64,000 nucleotides of DNA from Vicugna vicugna (taxonomy: Eukaryota): the NCBI GenBank assembly GCA_013265495.1, contig MU058791.1:248001-312000 (forward strand), read 5' to 3'. Numbering within the stretch: position 1 is the stretch's first letter; every line of letters begins with the position of its first letter. The translations under genes were made by a program, and so were the position numbers. Below, piece by piece: positions 1-11,180 of the stretch. Under the pieces are notes generated by a model that saw only the letters and a program-made list of their open reading frames with translations, ran no database searches and was not told the origin of the DNA.

Positions 1-122
1 TCACATTCTTTTCCATTATAGGTTATTACAAGGTACTGAATATAGTTCCCTGTGCTCTGCAGTAGGACCTTGTTGTTTATCTATTTTAGATATAATCATG
101 TGTAGCTACAAATCCCAAACCA
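1..122 (-). mobile_element. Artiodactyl/camelid L1 3'-UTR fragment (runs off window start)
   Basis: ttccattataggttattacaaggtactgaatatagttccctgtgct...aatcccaaac is the reverse complement of the L1 3' end also seen at 41731, 43694, 55053 and 56123. Confidence 0.8.
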
Positions 123-313
123 TTTTTCCTTCTCAGCTGGTGTGTGCTTGGGACATGCATGCTAATTTTTAACGTTAGTTTTATATACACGCACACACAT
201 ATTATATTGGAAAGTTATACATAGGAGGGCACACCTGCTTCCCTGGCACCTCTCCCCCAACCCTTATCATTCCAGCCAGGTGTGTCCCAAAGCCTGCTAT
301 TTTTCCATTCACT

Positions 314-390
314 ATTTTTTTTCCAAATTGAAGTATAGTCAGTTACAATGTGTCAGTTTCTGGTATAGAGCACAATGTCCCAGTCACTGA
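314..390 (-). mobile_element. Very short L1 3'-end insertion
   Basis: T-run followed by aattgaagtatagtcagttacaatgtgtcagtttctgg. Flanked by direct repeat attcact (307-313 / 391-397). Confidence 0.7.
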
Positions 391-3300
391 ATTCACTTTT
401 GTACTTGCTGTGGCCTCAGATTTTGTTGTCACTTTTCACCTTCATTGGTCTGGTTGATTAAGAGCTATCTCACTGTTTTGAGTTTGAGATCTAGTGGAAA
501 AAAAAAACTGATTCTAAACATACACAAGAAGTCATTGGGCTTAGAGTGTCTTGGAAATGGAATTTCTGTTTCAGGTGAAAATCTCTTTTAGGATTAAAAA
601 ATCACTGTCAAAATCCTGCAGTGCGGAAAAAAAGAAAGTAAACTGTGAACTTCTGAGCTGAAAACTTAGATTCTGGTTCCTTCCAAAGCAAGCACATCTT
701 TTTTTCACTCTTGTGAATTTCTCACAACAAAATTTGTTGCCCCAGTGAAAGTCGATGCTGTTTATGAGAAAGGAAAATGCCTTCAACTTTTTTTACTGCC
801 TAAAACATTCCCAGATGCAGACAAATAATGGTTTCTTCTAACTGTCATACGTACACATGACTTTATAGTAATGAACGACACAATGAGACATGAATTTTGT
901 GACTGTTTAGAATGAACCAAAGGTTACCAAGGAATGTTTACAATTACTTCAAACAATGATACACCTTTTCCATGTATCCAAGGCTTTAGTGGGTCAGTTC
1001 TTTCCACTTTTTTTTGAAAAAAAAAAAGGTCTGTTTCTAAAATATAAGACTTTTTTTTTTCCAGTTAAGGGAGCAAATATTTAGCTCTCCCAAGAGATGC
1101 AGGATGTCAGAATGGTTCATTTGGGTGTCTGACTCACTTAAGGTTTTATGTCCTTCGGAAAGTTAAGGAATAAATATTTAGGCAATTTTGAAGGGATGGA
1201 AACACTCCCAATATGTTACACTAGAGGAACACAGAAAGAATGTATGAGATGATTTATTGTCATCTGTCAAGGATTTAATGAAAGATTTTTAAAATTGGAG
1301 AAAGATATTCCCTGTAGGAAAAGCCTCTTCCTTCTTAAATGTTCTTTTAAACATCTGTGTTTGCTTCGGTGTTCCTTTGTCTGCTAAAGGATGTGGGACA
1401 GGTGTCTTAGTAAATTAACTTGGTTGTTAATGTCTTTATGAAGTTCATGTCCAGGTTTAAAACTTCAGACTCTTTAATGACATTATCGGTTAAGATTAAG
1501 GTTGGCTGCAAGGCATAGAAAATGACAGACAGCTGTGAGTGAAACAAGATAGAGGCTGTTTCTCTCTTGTACAAGCCCTGGTGTGAGTTCATGGTGTCAG
1601 GGACCCAAGCTGCTTCCAGTTTGTTGCTCTGCCTGGTGTGGCCTTGAGTTCATGCTCCAGAAAGGGGGGATCCATGTCCCAGGCAGCAGAATGAAGGAAG
1701 AGACAGAAAATGGGGCCAAAGGTACATGTGAACTGGCCAGAGCTGAGAGGCCAAGAGGGGATGGGAAATGGAGTCTCTGTTCTGAGGGCTTGAATTCAGG
1801 AACTTTCTCCCCAGAGAAGGAGATACTAGCTAATGGCAACAGACTTCAGCTGTGAATACGGTGGAAACAATCCATTCATAGCATTTGCAAACAATTGTAG
1901 TTTTTTTTTTTTGTGGTTCGTATGGACTTAAATTCTATTAGCTTTAAGAATTAGAATGTACTTGTTTATCAAGACCAGAAGTATAAACGCTGTTTGCTTA
2001 AACTTAGCAAATGCTATTTTTCTAACTCTAAGAAATTACCTTCAACTTTCTATCTGTACTAGAAATGACTGGCGTTGAAAGGGACATGATAATTTCGCCA
2101 AAGCCTGGGTTATGAAAATTGACAAAACTTAAGGCTAGGAAGTGGCAAGAAACGACAAATTGGGTGGTTAGTCTGGAAAGTACTAGGCTGAGACAAGAGA
2201 CGAAGGCTGCTCAGGAGTATATTTCTCTGAGTGGGATGGGGAAGGGTGGGCAGATGGAGAGAAAACAGGCACGAGCAGACTGGGGCCGATGTCAGGGTGA
2301 TGGAGACGTGCGATGCTTGGGAAGCAGAGGGCTGCAGGGTCCAGGACTGCAGCCTGAGCCATAAGGAAGGAGCTCTCGAGTGAGCATCTGAGACCAGCCT
2401 CGACTGGGGTTATCCAGTGGGGGAGGCCTTAGGCTGGTAGGGAGGTTCTGGTAACAGAGTGTATCCAGGAACTCCTTGACTAACGTATAGCAAAACTGCG
2501 TATCCCCTGATGTGCCCAGTTTCCAACTCAAAGAAAACCTGGCTTGTGAAGAAAGGGACCGCAAACTCAAAGGAAGCATTGAGTTCATTCCCATCATTGA
2601 GGTCATTAGAGGCTGGAAGGCAGGTGTTTGGTGAGTGGGATGAAACCACGAAGAGACTCTGGCTTCCGGACTGGAGCTGGGTGGTGAGGAGCGTTGAGCG
2701 AGATGATCTCTGAGGTGGAGAGGAGATGGGAAACGACCCAATTAAGGCTCTAAGCCAGTCTTGGAGCCCCAGGAAAGCACCAGGTCATTGCTGCTGTTGG
2801 ACACCCTACTTCCTTACATCTGAGCGTGCTGGGATGCGTTCAGTCCTTTGTGATCCAGCGATGAACGAGGAGCAAAGAGAAACAGTAATGGTCCTGCCTT
2901 GCTTTGGGTGGGGAACCTTTGTCTTTTGTGGCATGTCATCTAAGTGAAGGATTTCTGTCAATTTTCGCACTAGCATTTAGGTAGCAGATATCCATGCACA
3001 GTTTCAGCAGTGGATAAATGAAGTCATTGATTGCCAAAGACTTGCCTTGGGTCATACCTGAAGTCTCCTTTCTTGGCTTCTACAAGTTCCTTTTTTTTTT
3101 TTTGGCATCCATATCAAACTTGGTGCTTTTATTATCATTTATATTATTGGTCGATTTAGTGGGTGTGGATACAAGGATAGAAAGGAGATGGGGTAAATAA
3201 AAACTTCCCCAGCAGTTCTTCCATATATTGTCCTTTTTTTTTTTTTTTAATTTACCTCAGTACTTAGAGCTGAACTGAGCAGGTCGTTTAGGGTGACTGA

Positions 3301-4311
3301 TAACCTTGGCTAAGCTGCGGCTGGGCTGGATGATTCTGGGTCTGGTTTCCCGGCCAGCAGCCTCCACCTCTTTTCTCATTCTGATAAGAACCGGTCTCCT
3401 TTATCCTTGCTGCCCACAATCCATATCTGCATGCATATTTCATGATTTTCTTCCCCTCCAGTGGCTTCTGAAAAAAAAAGAAAATGGAAAAAAGAAAGAC
3501 ATGTCAAGAGGCGAGAGCAGAAACAAACATGTTCATGGTGTTGGCCCTGAGGCATCGGGATTGATTCTCCCCCCAAATCTGAGTCTCTCCCCAGGGGACT
3601 CTGTCTGGGGGGTGGCACACGTGGGGTTTTATGCTAGGATTTGGTTGGGACAACACAAACAGGGGCTATTTTTCCCTTCTGTTTTCTTCAACAAATGGGC
3701 TTGAGAGAGGTGGGGCTTTAGAGCAGACCAGGGAGAGCAGAACGTAGCATCACGGGCCGGTTCTCTGCCCTGGAGCAGTCAGACTTTGAGGAGCTCTCAC
3801 GGGGCACCAATGGGCGTTAACAGCCCTGTTACATAACATAACAGGGTGCCTCTGCCAAGGCTGGTGTACCGTTCCAGAACCCCTCCCAGGTGCACCGGGA
3901 CAGACTGGCGCTGCCCAGAGTCTGTTTGAGGAGAAGGAATTACAGGAAGAAGAACCTTCCACGGGTCATTTAGTAAGACCATGGCAAAGCCAGGATGCCC
4001 AGAGAGGATGTGGTTTTGGCTGCGTGGAGGATGGAGGACAGGGAGGAGGGCAAGGGAAAGAAAGTCACGTACCTTCTTCCTTTCTCTTCTGGAGCAGAAT
4101 CATTCCCTTGTGCACCTGTCCAGGTGTGCTCACCTCCTTCTAGACCTCACTGAGCACAGAGGTAGATGAGGCCCAGCATCACCCAGCATCTTCTCTGATG
4201 GGGACAGGCAACCAGCATGGAAGCCTTTCTCCAGTGGGACTGGAGGAGCCTTTGCTGTCACTGCCATTGCTGTGACCTGCCTTCCCAGTGACTGAGACCA
4301 AGTGGGATGTA

Positions 4312-4809
4312 CAGGCAGACCTTGCCCGAACGCACTTTGCTTTATGGTACTCTGCAGATAGTGGTTTTTTTTGGTTTTTTTTTTACAAACTGAAGGTTTC
4401 TGGCAACCCTGCGTCGAGCAAGTCTGTTGGCACCGTTTTCCAACAATGTTTGCTGACTTTATGTCTCTGTGTCACATTGTGGGAATTCTCGCCAGATTTC
4501 TGACCTTCCCATTATTAGCATCTTTGAAATGGTGATCTGTGATCAGTAATCTTTGATGTCACTATTGCAAAAAGATTATGACTCCTTGAAGGTGATGGTT
4601 AGCATTTTTTAACAAGAAAGTATTTTTAGTTATGGTATGCGCATTGTTTATTTAGACATAATGCTACTGCACTCTTAATAGACTAGAGTGTAAACATAAC
4701 TTTTATATGCACTGGGAAACCAAAAACGTTGTTGTGACTCTCTTTATTGCGGTATTCAGTTGAGTTCAGGGGCTGGAAACTAACCTGCAGTATCTCCAAG
4801 GTGAGTCTG
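4312..4809 (+). mobile_element. Tigger1 internal-deletion derivative (Tigger1a_Art-like, TcMar)
   Basis: Begins TA|CAGGCAGACC. Contains acaaactgaaggtttctggcaaccctgcgtcgagcaagtc and the junction gatgtcactattgc|aaaaagattatgactc. Ends tatctccaaggtgagtctg. Confidence 0.9.
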
Positions 4810-5139
4810 TGTAGCAGGAAAAGACCAGGCTTTGAGACCTGGCACCACCCCTTCCCCTGGTGACTTTGGACACATTTAGAGAGATTGTCTACCAGCAGTG
4901 GCTGGGGACATTCTGCCATTCTGGCCTCTAGTCATTCTTTCTTTTCACAGACACCAACCTATGGATTCTTGGTAAAGCATCAGTCAAGTTCACCTCACAT
5001 TTTGTTGATGAGAAATATCATGGGTGAATTCTCGAGCTAGTCCAAACAGGAGGAAATTCTCCTGTTATTAAATGGCTGGTATGGAAATACTTTGTCATAG
5101 ATCCCCTCGGTGAAGCCTCACAGTAACCTTTTGGTGGCT

Positions 5140-5260
5140 GGCATTTTATTTCTCCCTTCACAGATGATGAAACTGAAGGTCCCAGAGGCCCCTCATCAAA
5201 GCCATCTGGGCTAATCACTGGCGTATCTGGCACCCACACCCATGCTTACCTGAGCCCGGA
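5140..5260 (-). mobile_element. MIR fragment
   Basis: MIR core cccttcacagatgatgaaactgaagg. Confidence 0.6.
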
Positions 5261-5629
5261 GCCCAAACACCTCTCTCTACCCTACACGGTTTCTCAGCTC
5301 AAAGCCATGCTGCTCACACAGTGATGAAGGAAACACAGGGGATTTGGAAACATGATAGCCACACTAATTTTTTTTCTACAAACGGTGCCCTGGGGTCAAA
5401 TATATTAATTCTTCAATCTTTTGTTGGGCGCTACTGTATTCAAAGCATTATCTGCTGGCTAAAATTTACTAAGGGGTAGAGCGAGTCAGAAAATCTGGTT
5501 CTTGTTTATAACATAGTAAGGGGCATGGGGGGACCTTACGGATGCTCAAGTCTTGGTTTACCTGGGCACATGCATTGCCCGGTGCTAAGTGCTGTTCCCC
5601 AATGTTGCCCTGCTGTGTCCCTAGTCCCG

Positions 5630-5745
5630 TACTCATTCTGGCAAGCATTTCCGTGCAAGTATCTGTTGTGTGCACAGCCCTGTGCTAGGTGCTGGGAGGA
5701 AATAAAAAATAAAATAACATGGGCCTTATGCTGTAGAAATTGACG
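5630..5745 (-). mobile_element. L2 3'-end fragment
   Basis: ctcattc...tgtgtgcacagccctgtgctaggtgctggg resembles the reverse complement of the L2 tail. Confidence 0.5.
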
Positions 5746-5856
5746 CAACATTTAAATTGACCATACTTCAATTAAAAAAATTAAAGTTAAAAAAGTAAAA
5801 AACAATAGTGGCCTGGTCTCTAGGAGCTAATGGGTTAATTAAAGAGGTAGTATATC

Positions 5857-6030
5857 CAGGTGATTCTCCATTGGGGGTGATTTTGCCCCCCAGGGGACAT
5901 TTGGAGGTTGTGCGGGCCCCTACTGGTGTCTGGTGGGTAGGGATGCTAAACACCCTGCAACACACAGGGGAGCCCTCATGACAAAGAACAATCCAACCCA
6001 GTGTTAGTCGCGCTGACCCTGAGGAACCTA
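5857..6030. mobile_element. MER20 (hAT-Charlie)
   Basis: gggggtgattttgccccccaggggacatttgg...ggatgctaaacaccctgcaacacacagg matches the MER20 consensus as I recall it. Confidence 0.85.
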
Positions 6031-6483
6031 AGCGTCTATCCTCCGAAGTGCTGTGATGCTGGTGGGCCAGGTGCAATATCGCTGAGGTGAGCCGTGCCAA
6101 CAGGACAGGCACCGGGGGTGGGGGGGGGAGCCCACTGAGCGGAGGTCTCAGGGGAGGCTGGACCAACTGTGAACCGGAATAGAATTCAGGCCCCTGGAGG
6201 AGGGAAGGGAAAGGGAGCCCCTGGAACCGGTCCAGGCTTTGAGGGAGGAGTGGGTGTGGAGTAATAAGCAGGCTGCTGGGAAGACCAGCCCATAGGGGGA
6301 GCGTGGACTGTAAGGTAGCAAAGTGTGGTGCAGACTCTGGGACAGAGTAATGCCATGATGGACACAGGGTTTCAGGAAGATTTCCTGACACAGGTGAGTG
6401 AGATGGGTATGAGAAAGGCTAGTCTGATGTCAGGAGACTCCACGGCGGGGCGGCACTGCAGCAGGTGGAGAATCAGACAGCAG

Positions 6484-6997
6484 TACGTTAGGAAAGCTGG
6501 AAGGAACATTGGCAGTGAGATGGGAAGCCCTTTGAAAAAGACGGCAGGACCCCTAGGCAGGGCCACTACCCTCCTGCCGGCACCATTCGGTTCCCTGGCC
6601 CTGCGGCATTATCTCACTTTTTAAACTATGAAATGGCTTACTTCTAGGAAAGCAGAACTTATTCCTAAGATTCTGTTGGTTCCTTGAGCTAACTCCTGAT
6701 TGGTGCATTTCTACAAAGCTTGTTCCTAATTAGTCACCTTTGTTATAACTTATTTACATGTGATGTTACAAAATGTTGCAAAATCTAGACTGGTAGCCTA
6801 TAAAAGCCTGTGTAAACCTACAGACGGGGTCCAGAGCTTGGAGTGTTAACTCCTCCCGGCCTGCCAGCGTAATAAACCTGAGTTCTCCACCCCTCCGAGT
6901 GCTGCTTGGTCTCTCGCCTGGATCCAGGTTGCTGTCACAACTGAGTTATAACACTGAGCTATAACACTGAGCTGTAACATACTTTGCTGCAACAACA
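6484..6997 (+). mobile_element. ERV1-type solo LTR, sense to CAMK1D
   Basis: 4-bp TSD gcag (6480-6483 / 6998-7001); ends ...caaca. ATTGG at 6699, TATAAAA at 6799-6805, AATAAA at 6871-6876, then a U5-like tail with 13-bp repeats. Confidence 0.8.
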
Positions 6998-7520
6998 GCA
7001 GGGATCTGGTCTCAGTTTGCCCATATGAGAAATGGGTGCAGGCAGGCTAGTGTCTGGTTCACCACCCTTATTGGGCAGGTCCTGTCCTAAGTGTCACATG
7101 AGGATCACATTCTGTCCTCTTAATACCGGCACAGGTCTTTACCAGCATTTTACAGAGCAGGCAGTGGGAACGGAGACGAACAGTAACCCACCCAAGGCCC
7201 CATCGGGAAGCACAGAGCAGGCTGTGATCCCAGTGGTGGACCCTGAGACATGTTCTCCTGAGCCAAGGACTTGGCTTTGCTCCCAAGATGGCAACTCAGG
7301 TTCCATGGAACTGGGCATTCTGACCCCGGCACTGGGAGCAGGGATGGAGGAGGGGAGATTTGAAGGGCACTGGGACGGAGGAGGGCCTTGGACCAAGGCC
7401 TAGCTGGTGCTTGGAGACCTGTGTGTGCCTGAGTCCTTTCTCCTTGGAGCCCGTCTTTGCTGCGAGAGTGGATGTATTCCAGTCTGTACTGTGGCGCAGG
7501 CTTCCTCCGCTCTGCCCTGA

Positions 7521-7545
7521 GTGTGTGTGTGTGTTTGTGTGTGTG
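7521..7545. repeat. (GT)n microsatellite abutting gap
   Basis: gtgtgtgtgtgtgtttgtgtgtgtg. Confidence 0.9.
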
Positions 7546-7550
7546 CAAAT

Positions 7551-7728
7551 NNNNNNNNNNNNNNNNNNNNNNNNNNNNNNNNNNNNNNNNNNNNNNNNNN
7601 NNNNNNNNNNNNNNNNNNNNNNNNNNNNNNNNNNNNNNNNNNNNNNNNNNNNNNNNNNNNNNNNNNNNNNNNNNNNNNNNNNNNNNNNNNNNNNNNNNNN
7701 NNNNNNNNNNNNNNNNNNNNNNNNNNNN
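7551..7728. other. Assembly gap (178 N)
   Basis: Run of N. Confidence 1.
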
Positions 7729-8600
7729 AGGAGCGATTGTGTCTCCGGCCTGTGCAGCCAGGTGGCTGCATATAATGTATTTAAATACGTTCAATGAGAT
7801 GCGTGAACCAAAAACAACTCCTGAGAGCCAGGTTCCAGGCTAGTACCCTCTGGGCGGTGTGTGTCACAGCCATCTGGAGGCCTGGCATGCTTTTAACCAG
7901 GGAGGGGAGGATGGGGAGAGAAGGAGAGAAGGGGTATTGGCAGGAGCAGGTGATGGGGAGAAGTGGGGGACACTTGGGAACAGAACAAGATTTTATCGCG
8001 AGACAGAAAATTCATGTAAGGCCCAACTGAGCTGGGCTGGCTGCACCCTGATGAATAAATGCATTTGCTGGCGGACTGACTGACATAATGACTTATTCTG
8101 ATATTTTTGTTTTGTGTTTCCTAACAGAACAGTTTTCTTTTCTCTGTTTTGGGGCCAGGCTTTCAGAGTTAGGTCTGCGGCTCCTGCAGGGTGGTCTGGA
8201 GGATGGAAGGTCATACTAGAATATTTCTCTCGTTTTGCTGTGCTGTTAAAGGCATGGGGTTGAAAAGTCCAAGTTCAGAACAGTAAGCAGGCAGAACACC
8301 GGCCTTGGGACAGTTGGTGTTTCTCAAGAAGACGTGAACTTCCTGTGTGAGGGCATCTGGCTGGCTCTGATACAGAAGGAGGGCCCTGTAGGTATCTGGC
8401 TGTCCTGCTTTAGCTGGAGAATGTTAACCAGACCTGGAGCGGCTGGGTTTGCGAGCCTCTGGGAACGTGACCCATCGAAGACCCTGCCAGCCACTTCGTC
8501 CTCTCCTCTTCCCTCCCAGGTTCTCCCCGAGTTCTGGAGGCACAGCCTTGGGTTACCTGACCCTGCCCTGTATGCGCGTCCCTTCTGCTCCTCTCCTGAG

Positions 8601-9049
8601 CATTACTGAATGCAAGTTCATGTGCCCAATGCACAGTGAGGCCAAAAAAATACCAAAACGTCAGCGTTTGGAACAGAGAAAGGCTTACTGCAGGGCCAAG
8701 CAAGGAGAGAACAGGTGGCTCGTGGCCATGCCCCCCACCAACTCCCCAAAGGGATTCAGCCGAGGGAGGGGCGTCCCGGGGTCTGTGATCAGCTGTGCAT
8801 AGTTCTGATTGGTTGATGGTGCTCAGTCCTCAGGCACCAGAAGGTCTGGGGGCCACGTGCTCATGATCATCAAGTAGTTAATTTCTTGTATGTGGTGGTG
8901 GTTTTCAGCATCTGAAAAACTCAGGAAATCTGCCTTAGCTGCCATTATCTGGGTCCTTCAGAGAGGGGACAGCAGAGGTTATGGGGGAGGGGTCTGTCCC
9001 AGGAAGCACCCTCCCACCCCCTGCCACTGTAGGGTCCTGCTTAGTTACA
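8601..9049 (-). mobile_element. ERV1-type solo LTR (laurasiatherian LTR39-like)
   Basis: cattactgaatgcaagttcatgtgccc...gtttggaacagagaaaggcttactgcagggcc...ctgattggttgatgg...agggtcctgcttagttaca. Degenerate 4-bp TSD tgag/ggag. Confidence 0.8.
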
Positions 9050-10139
9050 GGAGGTGTGGGCCCACATCTTTCTCGGAGGCAGGGCAGAAGCCTCACTGGT
9101 TGGGGACTTTCAGTGGTTGATGGCAACGGAGCAGCATGCCTGAGCACGGGCTTCACCTCTCCCTGCTTCCAAAGGAGGCAGAACGGTCATCACCATCTTG
9201 TTCCTTAGTCTGAGGTGTGCTTTTGTTTTTTTCTGGATGGCTGATCCTTTTTGAGATGTTTTATGATTGTTATTACCCCCATCACATCCTGAGGGCTGCA
9301 GAAGCAGCAAGAGCATGGGACATGTGAGCGGGGAGGGTGCGTGATGGTGGGGCCAATGTCAAGGTTGATGGCACGCAGGTACGTGGTGTCCCTCTGGACA
9401 TGAGGACATGTAAACTCTCAAGGGTCTTGAAGGACTGAACTTGTTATTGGGTGAGAGCTCCTGGACCTCTTTTCTCCCCAGGTACCAGGGAAATGAACAT
9501 TCTTCTGCAAGCACAGTGTGGAGTAGGAAGGCAGAGATCCAGTCATGTCTGGTCTGTCATTTTAAATTAGGCAATAAAACTGTGATGTAGAAGCTTCTCG
9601 AAGGTGGGCGAAATCTTCCAAATGTTACAGCGTCAGGAAGATTGGTCTCTGCTTTCTGGATGGGACTTTTCCTGGTGGTCCATCTGGCCACTTCCTTGGC
9701 TCACAGAGAAGCCGGAGCTGTGCTCTTCGAAAGCAGGGTCTGTCCTTCGGTGCTTATTCAGCACGGCCGCATGACCAAGAATAAATAAGAGTGAGAACCA
9801 GTGGGGCAGCGGCAGAGTCTGTTTCACAAGAATATAATTACGCTTCTCACGGCCGAGTCGAGCCTCTTCTGTGCTTTGAGGCTTTATTGCTGTTTGTTCT
9901 TCATCCAGGCCAGCCCTGCAAGCTCTGGCGTGTACCACGTACCCACACGATGGAGCAGAGAAGGGCTGCTCTGGTGGAACCAGTGATTTCAGACAGCTGT
10001 CTTCCTCCTCGTCCCCCTCCCCAGACCATTCCAGCCCCAATCACATCACATGTATATGAGAATTGACCATTTCCCCCCTCAAAGAAGGGGCACCCCAGAA
10101 TTCATTCTTTAGTATGAGAGTCAGAGACTAGAAGAAAGG

Positions 10140-10330
10140 GGAGTCTAAGTTGATTCCAGCCTCTACTACGTGCTAAATGTGTGAGGGCTGGCAAGTCACT
10201 GAACATCCTAAGCCTTTATTTTCTCATTTGTGCAATGGGTGTATTATGCCTGTCCAGCTAGTTTTCTGGGACTACTGCCAGGATCAGAAGAGATCATGTA
10301 GGAGCCAGTGCTTGGGATGTTTAAGATTAT
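10140..10330 (+). mobile_element. MIR
   Basis: ttccagcctctactac...ggcaagtcactgaacatcctaagcctttattttctcatttgtgcaatggg. Confidence 0.65.
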
Positions 10331-10639
10331 CTACACTATTTACAGGAGTAAACAGAAGGATCCAGGCCATCTCTCTCCTGCTCACCCAGCACTTGGTACC
10401 ACTGGCCAGTATGGTGGGGACCCTGCCTGCTTCCAGTCACACTGTATCCTGAGTTCCTTGCACAGCTCAGTAACTGTAGAATTAATAAAAGCAAGCAAAA
10501 AATAGTTCTTCAGTGACCCCCTAGAAAGGCAAATTTGGGAACATTTTTCAAAGAAACGACAGTAATTAATAGAGGAAACAATTTAGTGGGGTTGTTTGTT
10601 ACAGCGCTGAGCACCTCATTACAAGCTTTCAGGAAATCA

Positions 10640-11180
10640 GAAGGATTGAAATCAGGATCTCCCAGAGCTGCTTGCACCCCACGCCCACTGTGCCACTGTT
10701 CACAACCACCACGACGTGGAAACAACCCAGAAGTTCATCGATGGCTGAATCGATAAAGAAAATCTGGTATACACCTACAGTGGAATATGATTCAGCCTTA
10801 AAAAAGGAAGCAAACCCTGCCATTTGCAACAACATGGATGAACTTAGAGGACATGACATAAGATGAAATGAGCCAGACACGGAAGGCCCAATATGGTGTG
10901 ATTCCACTTACACAGAGAGGTGTCTAAAATAGGCTCATGGAAGGAGAGAGTGGAATGATGTGTGTCGGGAGGGCTGGAGGAGGGAGAGATGAGGAGTTGC
11001 TTTTCCATGGAAATAAGCATTTCTGTTATGTGATGAATAAGTCCTAGAGGTCTGCTGTACAACAGTGTACCTGGAGTTAACAAAACCATGTTGTACACTG
11101 TACAGTGTGTTAAGAGGATAGAGCTCATCTCTTACCCAAAACAAAAAACAAACCACAAGCGAACACAGGAAAAAAAAAAA
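10640..11180 (+). mobile_element. Old L1 3' end (L1MA9/L1MB-like)
   Basis: acgtggaaacaacccag...ataaagaaaatctggtatacacctacagtggaatatgattcagccttaaaaaagg...gttaagaggatagagctc, then an A-rich tail. Confidence 0.85.

Noticed and set aside
5768-6391. 207-aa minus-strand ORF
   Set aside because: Runs through MER20 and a G-rich tract; no recognisable product.
6355-6399. Kozak ATG with a perfect CAG|GTGAGT donor just upstream of the sense LTR
   Set aside because: Phase 0, so out of frame with phase-2 exon 2. Such donors are frequent in long introns and no supporting structure was seen.
6940-6978. CRISPR-like short direct repeats
   Set aside because: Tandem units with no spacers, inside a mammalian LTR, and no cas genes.
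7150-7843. Several 120-214 aa ORFs
   Set aside because: Lengths are inflated by reading through the 178-N gap and a (GT)n repeat.
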